Source of the DNA: a virus | DNA: 64,000 nt | Virus record (IMG/VR): IMGVR_UViG_3300005253_000946 | Reading direction: 5' to 3' (one strand) | Shown here: in pieces, positions 29,401-37,562 of the stretch | Numbering within the stretch: position 1 is the stretch's first letter | Layout: every line of letters begins with the position of its first letter | The notes under the pieces: model-generated | Databases searched by the model: none | Told to the model about the DNA's origin: nothing | The model's input: the letters and a program-made list of their open reading frames with translations, nothing else | Made by a program: the position numbers and the translations under genes

Positions 29401-29489
29401 TAGATATTAGAATATACCAAAATTCAGGTAGTACGCGAATCATCTTAGCTAGCACAACGTCTAATTACGTTTCGATAGAAGAATTTTAA
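26421..29489 (+). CDS. Tail fibre / receptor-binding protein with carbohydrate-binding-like middle domain and C1q/TNF-like C-terminus
   Basis: 1022 aa. N-terminal GENVIDETIANRPHDALADNT attachment-type motif; NLVVNGDF CBM-like domain; DADTVDSLHAVSFLRSDA fibre motif; C-terminal GQSITHQIYTVVDF..KFTA..RVNAAVQF..LLNEEWIDIRIYQNSG. Confidence 0.75.
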   Translation: MAFKTKQQLQSQDWIRSGENVIDETIANRPHDALADNTNNLDIRMSSVEDAPIAYPNITGELTSVGEWSLRVLDDQIWVDVFEFTNAILLSDIVDTTTFVTLLRDDLNPGNPYPVVPVALTFYEDPDDANLTVPGIGDKTNGVKSSGGWGSAWIGGGTATTLEDSSGNLAGADDLYNNGYVHLSRLDGTWEFKRITDFIAGVVTVEGWNGADPDNTTDEYWIIMDLVIGDVSINSAGNTVNGNADGFYGTSGSPTEPRPYLRFSHFIPSSVKYAFRYGVKRDISTLPPDALIKQSIAGVIEDANLISAIVDIKGASLETPVDDNKDLFNHEARIALHSHVDDPTPSAGFSRIAPPTANGINLDGQSLPVAPNLVVNGDFMLIEGVGQAVPQGWINNAGGTTIAANVNNAYPFLKLNTGAPAVWDIVSDPSYAIFTGTLVLGDELLLSVEYAQSANPGSPIEVGLRFYDIGRANFQDVVAFTITSGFGAVWDWYKLWGSVTVPATVTGTTTIEADVFIRNTGMGQTLDTQKFARLKVEWSRQTVYETTLPTPFNNFRTLVPIYDELRNARLSDTYGAFDNLKLRLDNTDSIVGIADADTVDSLHAVSFLRSDAPTTAAGIVLFTARPLLENNVYLEGHNAAQDTSYSLIGVDSSDQVLVGNPSLPLFLQTSARIEAGDSINVPLGKDYRINGGTGLQAQITPNTTHRGVVSGNPHVVTLADIGAAPSGEGVLNGNSHDHIGGDGALINTDALVDDAVTGAKIAVLTESLVLANNVTLLAKETGGGTQILAAVNDLNQLLLGDNNLPAIIRSSATVLSNRSLQVGVGEDFLIDAGASLKVHDHTVGKGGDLGANSVPTVAIEDLAVTTPKMDLVSARYIINGGQSITHQIYTVVDFKTKTFDDPGTDRVTIASPPDDQTNHWKFTADRDMKVRVNAAVQFETSSVWSAGEQIQLWIYKSDGPYSQLTRNELTSSPATWRASLNGCDIVSLLNEEWIDIRIYQNSGSTRIILASTTSNYVSIEEF

Positions 29490-29607
29490 TTGCTAAGTTG
29501 ATGTAATAGTTCAACGAGGTCAAAATGAAAGTACAATGTTAAAAGTAAACCCGTAAACCCTAACATCACATTAAACCTCTAACCCTGGAAAGAAAGTAAG
29601 GCCCACT

Positions 29608-29940
29608 ATGACTTCTATAACACTAAACCTAACTGTAGCTGAAAGGATATTACTATCGAGAGCCTTTAACGAATTGAAAGGATCACTCATTCTTTTAAGA
29701 CAAGGAGGAAGTATATTAGATATACTTCAACTAACTGATGACGAAAAAGACGGGGTTATGTATGAAGAGCTTCCTAACGGACAAGCACGTTGGAAAGATA
29801 ACCTATCAGTAGATCTGAAATTTAATCCGACTGAGTTTGAATTCTTCAAAAATATAATTGGAAACAAGCAAGACTGGCCTATGCAAGCTCTAGAAGTATT
29901 AGAGAAGATAGATAATGTAGAAGAAGAAAAAGAAACCTGA
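29608..29940 (+). CDS. Hypothetical protein of a type often found after tail fibre genes
   Basis: 110 aa. LNLTVAERILL..ILDILQLTDDEK..W pattern. Confidence 0.55.
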   Translation: MTSITLNLTVAERILLSRAFNELKGSLILLRQGGSILDILQLTDDEKDGVMYEELPNGQARWKDNLSVDLKFNPTEFEFFKNIIGNKQDWPMQALEVLEKIDNVEEEKET

Positions 29941-29959
29941 CACAGAAGAGTAGTATCGT

Positions 29960-30280
29960 ATGGACGACCCTAGTACAATATTAGATATTCTAAAGATCGG
30001 TGGACCTGTTCTTATCACAGTGGTGGTGGTAGAGGTTTTCCGTTGGCGTGAAAGGTTATCTCATCGTGAAACTATTAAGGAGTTAAACGAAACTATGCAG
30101 GCCCTGGCTAAGACTGGTGCTGATGAGCGTAAACAATGGGCCTCTGATGTAAGAGAAATATTTGAAGCTATGAGGGGATTACAGTCTCAAGCACTAGCTA
30201 CAATTCAAAGTAATACAGAAGTATTATCGGAATTTCTAACAACCATAAAAGAGAGGTTACCTCGTGGAAGAGACACTTGA
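29960..30280 (+). CDS. Holin-like membrane protein (one N-terminal TM plus coiled coil)
   Basis: ILKIGGPVLITVVVVEVF hydrophobic segment, then an amphipathic helix. Confidence 0.45.
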   Translation: MDDPSTILDILKIGGPVLITVVVVEVFRWRERLSHRETIKELNETMQALAKTGADERKQWASDVREIFEAMRGLQSQALATIQSNTEVLSEFLTTIKERLPRGRDT

Positions 30281-30437
30281 CGAAGTAAAGGATAGAGCTT
30301 TAGAACTACAAAAACAGTTTGAAGCTCCTAAAGTATTATCGGCACAGCTTGTTGCAGCAATTAGAAATCTTGGGGCTGAACAAGCTCAGAGACTTGTGAA
30401 TTGTTTAATACCTAGTGCTGAAACCCGTATAGTATAG
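30264..30437 (+). CDS. Small hypothetical protein (57 aa, not in the ORF track)
   Basis: GTG start with GAGAGG SD. VEETLDEVKDRALELQKQFEAPKVLSAQLVAAIRNLGAEQAQRLVNCLIPSAETRIV*. Fills the gap exactly. Confidence 0.55.
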   Translation: MEETLDEVKDRALELQKQFEAPKVLSAQLVAAIRNLGAEQAQRLVNCLIPSAETRIV

Positions 30438-30446
30438 GAAAACAAA

Positions 30447-30866
30447 ATGAAAAAAATAACCTACCTAGCTCTGACATTTTTAGCTATATCTCCGGCGTTA
30501 GTGTGGGCAGCTGTAAATGCTGTCACAGAAGCTACGGAAATGGGACTAATAAATAAGTTGATCGAAATCGTCCCAGGAGGAGATTTTGTAGTTATTGCTA
30601 TAGTAGTTGTACAGCTACTCACACAGGTCTGTAAGAAATATAAAGTACACAAACAGTTTGGTACTCTACTTGAGAAGGTAAGCCCTTCCTTAGTTCCTTA
30701 TTCTGCAGCTATACTAAATATGTTATTTAGTACTACAGCAGCGGTTTTAGGTCTTGTAACAGCTGGTGTGGTTTGGCAAGCTGCTATTGTACAGGTAGTG
30801 TTAGGTCCGACTATAGGTAAAATGTCTAATGATATGAAGTCGTCGAAGGAAAGCCATAAAAAATGA
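30447..30866 (+). CDS. Multi-pass membrane protein, holin candidate
   Basis: 139 aa. Signal-like N-terminus plus about 3 hydrophobic segments and a basic C-terminus. Confidence 0.5.
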   Translation: MKKITYLALTFLAISPALVWAAVNAVTEATEMGLINKLIEIVPGGDFVVIAIVVVQLLTQVCKKYKVHKQFGTLLEKVSPSLVPYSAAILNMLFSTTAAVLGLVTAGVVWQAAIVQVVLGPTIGKMSNDMKSSKESHKK

Positions 30867-31183
30867 CAGACAAGGTAAACGCTGGAGTGGTTGCGACAAT
30901 ACTGGTAGCCGGTCTTGTCGTTCTAAACTACTTCCGTAAAAAGAAGCTTGTTCTTTTACAGAAGAAGCTCTTAACGAATGATGTTAATATTAGAGCCATC
31001 CAAGAGGCTAAGGCTGCTGCGTATACTGTTAAGGCTAAATCTATTCTGGATAACAGAATACGTAATCTCAAAGACCAAAAAGAAGCTACAGAGAATGCTA
31101 GTAATAACATTGAAGCAGGTATTGAGGCTACTATCAAAGACATTAAAAAGGCCAAATCATGGGACGACTTGGACCGGGTTTAA
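30863..31183 (+). CDS. N-terminally anchored coiled-coil membrane protein (i-spanin-like topology)
   Basis: AGVVATILVAGLVVLNYF followed by RKKK and a long helical segment. Confidence 0.45.
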   Translation: MTDKVNAGVVATILVAGLVVLNYFRKKKLVLLQKKLLTNDVNIRAIQEAKAAAYTVKAKSILDNRIRNLKDQKEATENASNNIEAGIEATIKDIKKAKSWDDLDRV

Positions 31184-31599
31184 TTACTACGATCAGTATA
31201 CTGGTCTTAGCGACCAATTCCTTAGCAGAGGACTTTCCTGTAGGGAAGAGGGCTGTTATAGATAATAAGACTGTGCAAGCTTATTCGTTTGAGGAGTATA
31301 AACAACTTAGACTATTCGAAGAAGGGTATAAACTACTCCGAATCGAAAACGGTACGCTAAAAAAGAGAAGCGAGTTGGACTCTCGGATATCAGAAACCAA
31401 GGATGGTATTATTGAAGTCCTCGACAAAGATAATGAGCGCCTGGGTAAGTATAACGAGTTCCTTAAAGAAAAGGTAGATGAATTGGCTGAAGTAGAGGCT
31501 GAAGGTGTTGAAGACGGTATGTGGTTATACCTTGGTTGGGGTGGTACATGCTCCTTTAGCTTTACAACTGTTCTCCTGATTGCGATAATACTGCTATGA
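31159..31599 (+). CDS. Signal peptide plus coiled coil plus C-terminal TM protein (spanin-like partner)
   Basis: ITTISILVLATNSLA-E signal, coiled coil, C-terminal MWLYLGWGG..TTVLLIAIILL. Overlaps the upstream gene by 25 nt. No lipobox Cys. Confidence 0.45.
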   Translation: MGRLGPGLITTISILVLATNSLAEDFPVGKRAVIDNKTVQAYSFEEYKQLRLFEEGYKLLRIENGTLKKRSELDSRISETKDGIIEVLDKDNERLGKYNEFLKEKVDELAEVEAEGVEDGMWLYLGWGGTCSFSFTTVLLIAIILL

Positions 31600-31973
31600 G
31601 CAACTGGGATAAATTCGCTGAGTGTTTAATGAAGACCGCTGAATCTTCTAATAAACCTCTCACCCTCTCCACTCCAAGAACATTCAAGACTCCTGTGTAC
31701 ATAGAGGCTGCTCCTAGTGGTGCGGATATCTCTCCACCCAAGAAAGTTAATAAGGTTCTGAAAGACGTAGGTCTAAGTGCTGGTGTAGCTGCAGGAGCAA
31801 CTGGTATAGGTAGAGCAATACTCAAGACTAAAAAATCAGTTAGGCCGGTTACTATCAAATTACCGAAAATGGGTAAGGTAACTATACCCGGTGAGTATTT
31901 AGCCGCAGCTGCAGCTGGAAGTCTTTACGGAGCAAAGAGCCTAGTAGTAACAGACAAGAATCCTAGTAGCTAA
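31596..31973 (+). CDS. Basic hypothetical protein with F-x3-L-x-K-T-A motif and Gly/Ala hydrophobic segments (putative internal virion protein)
   Basis: MSNWDKFAECLMKTAES; GLSAGVAAGATGIG; LAAAAAGSLYGA. Confidence 0.6.
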   Translation: MSNWDKFAECLMKTAESSNKPLTLSTPRTFKTPVYIEAAPSGADISPPKKVNKVLKDVGLSAGVAAGATGIGRAILKTKKSVRPVTIKLPKMGKVTIPGEYLAAAAAGSLYGAKSLVVTDKNPSS

Positions 31974-32002
31974 AAGAAAAGGGAGAGTCGAAACTCTCCC
32001 TT
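31972..32002 (-). terminator. Rho-independent terminator between convergent blocks (probably bidirectional)
   Basis: Stem AAGGGAGAG/CTCTCCCTT with a 6-nt loop. On the - strand it is followed by TTCTTTT. Confidence 0.8.
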
Positions 32003-32024
32003 CCCTTTGCGGCGTGCTCTAATG

Positions 32025-32804
32025 TTAGGCAAACATATCCGCTAGGTAGTTGTCTATCTGTACCATTAGACTCTCATAATCGGTGTCACCCTCATCATAC
32101 TCGATCCCTAGATTAAGTCCAGTCCATTGGATCAATCCTTCTAGGTCAAGGTGCTTCAAATCATCAGGTATAGTCAAATCCCTGAGTTCTTCGTCAGTGA
32201 GTCTAACATCGGGCGGTGTTTGACCTTCCACATACTCTCCGTCGCCGCCTGGGTCATTTTGTTCTCCATACTCTTCAGACTCTACTGCTTGTTTAGCAGC
32301 ACCTCGTGTTCTCTTCCTGGTAGTAGATTTTACTTCTTCTGCAGATTCGGTTTTCGGTCTCTCGAATCCAAGAGCTTCTCCGACAAAGTCGGTTAACTGA
32401 TCTACACATACGTGTAGGTCTACAACTTTAACTTGGAAGGCTGCTAACTCAGACTTAGTTGCAGCTAGTTCTTCTTGTAGTTTCGCTATAGCGTCGTCTG
32501 GAACTTCTACAGCCTTCTTTCGAGGTTCTCGTTTAACTTTAGGCTTATCTTCCTGTTCTTTGCCAGCAGCTTTCTTCTTAGGTTCAGGATCTTCTTTCTG
32601 ACCATCTGCTTCTGATTCCTTAACTATGAATTCAGCAGCTTTCTTCTTCATTTCCTTTAGATCCATACCCATTACCTCCTCACTGTATTTCATACCTCTC
32701 GATATGAGGAAGCGGTTGAGGTCTATACGAGTAGAGGAACCATCTTCAAGGCTCTCCAATGTGACATCTGGTTGGGCTAATTTACTGCCTTTTTTCTTAG
32801 ACAT
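32025..32804 (-). CDS. Hypothetical protein, highly charged (Lys/Glu-rich, acidic C-terminus)
   Basis: 259 aa, AGGAG SD. Confidence 0.7.
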   Translation of the reverse strand: MSKKKGSKLAQPDVTLESLEDGSSTRIDLNRFLISRGMKYSEEVMGMDLKEMKKKAAEFIVKESEADGQKEDPEPKKKAAGKEQEDKPKVKREPRKKAVEVPDDAIAKLQEELAATKSELAAFQVKVVDLHVCVDQLTDFVGEALGFERPKTESAEEVKSTTRKRTRGAAKQAVESEEYGEQNDPGGDGEYVEGQTPPDVRLTDEELRDLTIPDDLKHLDLEGLIQWTGLNLGIEYDEGDTDYESLMVQIDNYLADMFA

Positions 32805-32816
32805 TATATGTTCTCC

Positions 32817-33449
32817 TTAGAGTTTGAATTTTGGCATATCTGGACGGCCATTTAGGTGCGCCTTATTATCTAAATAACACTCAGTTACTTTACAACTTGG
32901 GCACATATAACAATCTGCATCGCACGACAACTGGCCTTCCATGTTCTTCCAGTCCTGTCTAATGAGATTGTTTATAGTACCTTTCAATTGGTCTACTACA
33001 CTGAACTCTTCTACATCCTTCTCCCCTCTTAAAATTTTCTTACAAGTCTCTAGGTCGGTACTTCTAGAAATGAAGTATCCATGCATACCCAGTATCTGTA
33101 AGATTTCGGTTTTGTTACATAAATCTAAGCCTGGTTCGTCTAGTATTAAGGCTTCTAACTCACGTTCTCGTTTACGTTTAGAGGCAGCAATCTTCTTGAT
33201 CGCTTTCTCAGCTTGCTCTTCTACAAATACCTTAGAAAGCTCTTGTATATTTTGAGAGAAACCTTCAGCTAGACCCATTAGTTCAGTACCCCATTGTCTG
33301 AGGATCTGGTGCTGCATGTCATCGTCGTCGCCTATAGAGATTAGTGAACCTCCAATAGATTCTAGACGTTGAAGTAGGTGTTCAGCAACAGCTATAGCTG
33401 CTCCTCGTTCTTTAGTACCTATCTTTTTTGGTTTGTCATTTCCAGCCAT
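32817..33449 (-). CDS. Hypothetical protein with C-terminal Cys cluster
   Basis: 210 aa. LSCDADCYMCPSCKVTECY. Confidence 0.65.
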   Translation of the reverse strand: MAGNDKPKKIGTKERGAAIAVAEHLLQRLESIGGSLISIGDDDDMQHQILRQWGTELMGLAEGFSQNIQELSKVFVEEQAEKAIKKIAASKRKRERELEALILDEPGLDLCNKTEILQILGMHGYFISRSTDLETCKKILRGEKDVEEFSVVDQLKGTINNLIRQDWKNMEGQLSCDADCYMCPSCKVTECYLDNKAHLNGRPDMPKFKL

Positions 33450-33954
33450 TTATAATCTCCGTTAAGTGGTCCTCGTCTACGATCACGGTGTCTACATCTT
33501 CTGGGTCTAGTTCAAAAATCTGTATTCTAACTCCACACAAATCTTTATTACCTCTTCTCTTATCCAGTATTATTTGTACGTTTTGCGAGTCATCGTAAGC
33601 GAATAAGTCTTTAACACAATCTTCTAACAGTTTCACCCAGTTACTGAGGTCTTTACGCCTGTACTTGGTTTTCGTCTTAGGCCATCCCTTATTGATCAGG
33701 TCAGGTATTACGAAGCAGATCACTACTCGATAAGGCACATTGTCTTTAGGGAAAGAGGAAGGTGTTAGAGCAGTCTCCTTCAAATAGTTGTCTATAACAT
33801 GGTTTCTAAACTTACTTCTAAACTCAGTAGCCTCAGTAGAAAGATAAGTGTACTTCATAACCCAGTTGTGGCTGTACACTTTATTAGCACTAGGAGGCAT
33901 GAACGGTATAAAGAAGTCGGATACTAGTGTCTTATTCTCCATCTCTACGGGCAC
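33436..33954 (-). CDS. rusA: Holliday junction resolvase, RusA family
   Basis: PPSANKVY, RRKDLSNWVKLLEDC, DDSQ. The conserved RusA acidic residues are present. Confidence 0.85.
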   Translation of the reverse strand: MPVEMENKTLVSDFFIPFMPPSANKVYSHNWVMKYTYLSTEATEFRSKFRNHVIDNYLKETALTPSSFPKDNVPYRVVICFVIPDLINKGWPKTKTKYRRKDLSNWVKLLEDCVKDLFAYDDSQNVQIILDKRRGNKDLCGVRIQIFELDPEDVDTVIVDEDHLTEIINGWK

Positions 33955-34594
33955 CCCTTCTGGAAACTGCAGTGTTAGCTACTCCCTTACTCCTTTTAGT
34001 CAAACCTCTCTTTACTGCCTCCGGAGATTTCATCTTGGTCGACGTATCGTATGAGCTGGACCTAATAGTAATTTCCCTGGAAATTACCTTTAGTCCTCGT
34101 TCCATAGCAGTGGCTATTCCCTTTACTACATTATGTAAGTACTTCATTTTCAAATACTCGGCGTTGATTTCTACATACCTGATATCAGTTCTAACAGCGT
34201 CGTTTTTGTCTGACACAGTCATACTCTTATCGGTATGCTCTTTCCTGATCGCAGCCCAAGTAAGATCTTTGACTTCTTCTAACGCACTTAGTTGTACGTT
34301 GAACTTCGTGTTTAATATAACCACGTATTCAAACCATTCAGCAAAGACGCTTTGAAGAGTACTGATCTGAGACAGTGTTAATCGAGATATATCTGTAGGT
34401 ATTTTGGGCTGTCCCATACCTTCATTTGTATATTCGATAAAATTTACTTGTAGGGCATGAGGTAGTGTAGGAAGCTCTAGACCTAAGCTGTGAAGCTCTT
34501 CTTCAATATTAGATACTTGTGAGTACCTTCCTTGAGCCTCTGACCATATCTTTTCGTTAGAGAGGTCTCGTGGACCTAGTGGTAACTTTGCCAT
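33932..34594 (-). CDS. Putative UvsY-like recombination mediator
   Basis: All-helical. FAEWFEY..VRTDIRYVEI..LHNVVKGIATAMERGLKVISREITIR parallels the layout of T4 UvsY. Clustered with recA. Confidence 0.45.
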   Translation of the reverse strand: MAKLPLGPRDLSNEKIWSEAQGRYSQVSNIEEELHSLGLELPTLPHALQVNFIEYTNEGMGQPKIPTDISRLTLSQISTLQSVFAEWFEYVVILNTKFNVQLSALEEVKDLTWAAIRKEHTDKSMTVSDKNDAVRTDIRYVEINAEYLKMKYLHNVVKGIATAMERGLKVISREITIRSSSYDTSTKMKSPEAVKRGLTKRSKGVANTAVSRRGARRDGE

Positions 34595-35332
34595 TTATCC
34601 TTCCTTGTTGTCTTGTTTACACTGAGTTAAGAAGGCGCAGGTAGTACACCATGAACCTTTATTGACTAAAGGCAGTACCCCCTTCTCAATATCAGACTTA
34701 ACAGAGTTTATTAGTTTTTCGACACTACCCCATGTAATATCGCTGACGTTAACAAATAGGGGTATGAGGGTTTGGTTATCTTTATTTTCATACAAGAACA
34801 GTATTCTGTTTAACCCAAGACCTTTAGCGTAACAAGTAGCTTGTCTTTCATGGAATAGTTTAGGCTTAGTCAAACTTGCCAATGAGCCACTAGCTGCACT
34901 TTTTATCTCAATAACAAAGGTTCCTACTTTTGTTGTTAATACACCATCTGCATGTCCAAATATTTCATACTCTTTAACAGAGACAGGGACTTCTGCTTCG
35001 AAATTTCCTGGATAAGCTTTACCAAAAAGGTACTGTAGCCTGTCGTGTACAGTGTGTCCATTTCTGAAAATTCTATGAAGTTGTGGGCTGAAGCGATTTA
35101 TACGTGGAGCGTCCAGGTAAGAATAGTACAATCGTCTATTGCAAGGATACATAGACCCTATCTCACTAGGATGGAATACTCCTGTGCGTCGTTTGTGTTT
35201 GATACTCTTTTCTTCAACATCTTTTAGAAGTGCTTTATCTAGATTAGACACTATCTCTAAAGCTTCATCAGTAAAACCTACTAACTTCCTTTTACTCCTG
35301 TTTCGTACTGCTTTTCTTAGAGCTTTACTCAT
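34595..35332 (-). CDS. Cas4-like / PD-(D/E)XK exonuclease with 4Fe-4S Cys motif (solo, no CRISPR)
   Basis: FHPSEIG..CNRRLYY, GHTVH, FGHADG..IEIKS, QATCY, C-terminal WCTTCAFLTQC. Confidence 0.85.
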   Translation of the reverse strand: MSKALRKAVRNRSKRKLVGFTDEALEIVSNLDKALLKDVEEKSIKHKRRTGVFHPSEIGSMYPCNRRLYYSYLDAPRINRFSPQLHRIFRNGHTVHDRLQYLFGKAYPGNFEAEVPVSVKEYEIFGHADGVLTTKVGTFVIEIKSAASGSLASLTKPKLFHERQATCYAKGLGLNRILFLYENKDNQTLIPLFVNVSDITWGSVEKLINSVKSDIEKGVLPLVNKGSWCTTCAFLTQCKQDNKEG

Positions 35333-37064
35333 AATATTCTACTGCCTCTGTAAACCAGTCCGGAAACAAACTGTTGTGTCTACTGATAAAATCGGTAAAT
35401 CTTTCATCAAGTGCGTACGTAACACCTGTGTCTTCGACGTCACGTACAATTCTTCCGTATGTCTGCATTATTGACAGGGCTGTTAACCAGTTATACCAAG
35501 GCCACCCGCCAAGTCCGATCCTTACTTTTACTCGTTTATCACTAATGCTGGCGTAAGGTACAAAGACCATAATCTGAAATCTAGCCAGATCAAACTTTAA
35601 GTCAACTCCTTCGGTAAAAGATGGTGTAATAAATACAGGGTTATCCTCTCGTTCGGTATACTCTTTGAACATGTTTAGTCTTCTAGCACCAGATAGATGA
35701 GTGATTACCCTATCTCTAGTAGTAGAGTTTTCCTTTAAAGCGTTACTTATTATATTAGTCGCCTTGTAGGATTGTGTGTGAATAATACCTTTACAATCAG
35801 AATGGTGCTCTACAATGTCACATATCTCTTTAGTTACTTTCGCCATCTTCTCGTCAGTTCTTTTAGGGTAAGCAAGAGATCCTATTGTATTTGAAATAAT
35901 GAAAGGTCTGTTCTCTGCAGGAAACTCTGAAGCGATCCTAACAAATGCGTGCTCTTCTATACCGAGAGACTTTGAAAACGCTCTTGAGTCCAAGATAGTG
36001 GCCGACATAAATAATCTTTTAGGTGCCTTATTTAGCAACATATATTTAGCGAACTTATCTACAAATACTGGAGAAAAGTTGTACGAAACAATTTTATTTT
36101 TAAACCCTTTAGATATAATCTCTACACGGTCACCTACCCATTTCGTATGATCTAGTGATGAATTCATAAGAGACAGTCCAGGTATTACGTCAGATAATAG
36201 GTAATGTATATCTGAGGGGCGTCCCCCTGTTTTTTCCATTATCTCAGCTATTTTACGTATTTTAAGTAATTCTGATCCTAACCAGTCTTTCATAAAAGCT
36301 GATCCTAAAGGGTCATCATCTGCTACAGCTTCAATGTATTGAGATAAAGATTGTATATCAAGGTCTGGAACTAATCTCTTAAGTCTATCTTCGTTTAGTT
36401 TTACTCCTGCGAATGAAACTAACCATTCTTCACATCTATGGGCTTCGTCTAATACTAATAGAGACCTCTTATGGAAGATACCTGTGTAATTAACATGAGA
36501 TAGAAACAGTGCGAAATTCATAACCAGTATTTCACTCTGTAATGCCAGATGACGATTGTACAAATAATTACAGTACACTTTTTCTGAGTCAAGATCTTGT
36601 GTGTTTAAAGGTACAGGACCTAGCGGAAAATCTACTTCAGCTAACGGTGTTCCAATACAACACCCATAATTTCTACCACCGAAGCCTCCTTTAGCACATT
36701 GAGCTGTCGGTCCACAATCAGCATCAGGTATACCACTTGATATGCCTAAGTGGCATGGGTAGTTGGCAGCTCCTTTAAACACAAATACATTGTCAGAAAA
36801 AGACTCACTATACTGATCCTGTAATTCTTTTCTAGGTGTCAGTAGAAATGAGTTACCTTCGAGCGTATCACTGATGTATTTAGCAAACACCATAGCTATA
36901 ACACTCTTACCTGACCCAGTCGGTGATTCTAGAATCACATCGTCGTAATCATTAAGTGCTTGTGTTACTCGCTTGATGGCATCCTCTTGGGTGAACCTAG
37001 GTGTGTATCCAAGATTACTCAATAAGCTACGGTATACCTGTATTACGTCATCTTCGTTAAACAT
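35325..37064 (-). CDS. dinG: DinG/XPD-family SF2 helicase
   Basis: ESPTGSGKS, Fe-S-region Cys cluster, VLDEAH, FMSATI, IIHTQSY, TEGVDL..DLAR, QTYGRIVR..DTG..Y.LD.RF. Confidence 0.85.
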   Translation of the reverse strand: MFNEDDVIQVYRSLLSNLGYTPRFTQEDAIKRVTQALNDYDDVILESPTGSGKSVIAMVFAKYISDTLEGNSFLLTPRKELQDQYSESFSDNVFVFKGAANYPCHLGISSGIPDADCGPTAQCAKGGFGGRNYGCCIGTPLAEVDFPLGPVPLNTQDLDSEKVYCNYLYNRHLALQSEILVMNFALFLSHVNYTGIFHKRSLLVLDEAHRCEEWLVSFAGVKLNEDRLKRLVPDLDIQSLSQYIEAVADDDPLGSAFMKDWLGSELLKIRKIAEIMEKTGGRPSDIHYLLSDVIPGLSLMNSSLDHTKWVGDRVEIISKGFKNKIVSYNFSPVFVDKFAKYMLLNKAPKRLFMSATILDSRAFSKSLGIEEHAFVRIASEFPAENRPFIISNTIGSLAYPKRTDEKMAKVTKEICDIVEHHSDCKGIIHTQSYKATNIISNALKENSTTRDRVITHLSGARRLNMFKEYTEREDNPVFITPSFTEGVDLKFDLARFQIMVFVPYASISDKRVKVRIGLGGWPWYNWLTALSIMQTYGRIVRDVEDTGVTYALDERFTDFISRHNSLFPDWFTEAVEYYE

Positions 37065-37562
37065 TTAGTTATCTCTTTCGAGTAATTGTTGCCATTCTAT
37101 GGCTGTAGTAAGTAGTAGCGTTCTCTTATCTGATTCGAATAAGATCTTTAGCGGTTTTTTAATGGACACTAGAGACGGGGAAATCCTCACAGATTTTTTG
37201 TCTGTGCTTAGTTCTTCTGAGACTTGTATCTCATTAGACCAAGAACCGTCTAACACTGCCAGAGATCTTTTGAGGCTGCTTCTGCCCCCAGTGAATTCAA
37301 TAACCATCACTGGGTGTGAGCCTGTTATTTTAGCTTCTTGTTCCGCCTTTAAGAACGTCGATAGTTTTAGGGTGTAGTGGGCCGCGTCAGTATACTTATG
37401 CTCTATTTTCCAGGATTCTCCGTAGTCATCTTCTAGGGATAGGTCACCTTTATCTGTGTGGAACGCTCCGCTATTAATGTTTACTCTAGCACCTATTTTA
37501 GAAGCAAGCTGCTTAGTCAGCCTGTCCGACTTCTTCCTCTTGTGGTTCGTCATCTTCTTCAA
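37065..37562 (-). CDS. Hjc-like PD-(D/E)XK nuclease / putative Holliday junction resolvase
   Basis: NSGAFHTDKGDL..KIEHKYT..Y.LK..K..QEA..P.MVIEF. The usual N-terminal helix Glu appears replaced by Thr (RLTKQLA). Confidence 0.65.
   Translation of the reverse strand: MKKMTNHKRKKSDRLTKQLASKIGARVNINSGAFHTDKGDLSLEDDYGESWKIEHKYTDAAHYTLKLSTFLKAEQEAKITGSHPVMVIEFTGGRSSLKRSLAVLDGSWSNEIQVSEELSTDKKSVRISPSLVSIKKPLKILFESDKRTLLLTTAIEWQQLLERDN

Noticed and set aside
26421-29607. Diversity-generating retroelement targeting the tail fibre tip
   Set aside because: No reverse transcriptase and no near-identical template repeat differing at adenines. The tip is C1q-like, not C-type-lectin-like.
34595-35332. Cas4-like gene as evidence of a CRISPR-Cas system
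   Set aside because: No repeat-spacer array or other cas gene in the window. Solo Cas4-like nucleases are common in phage replication modules.
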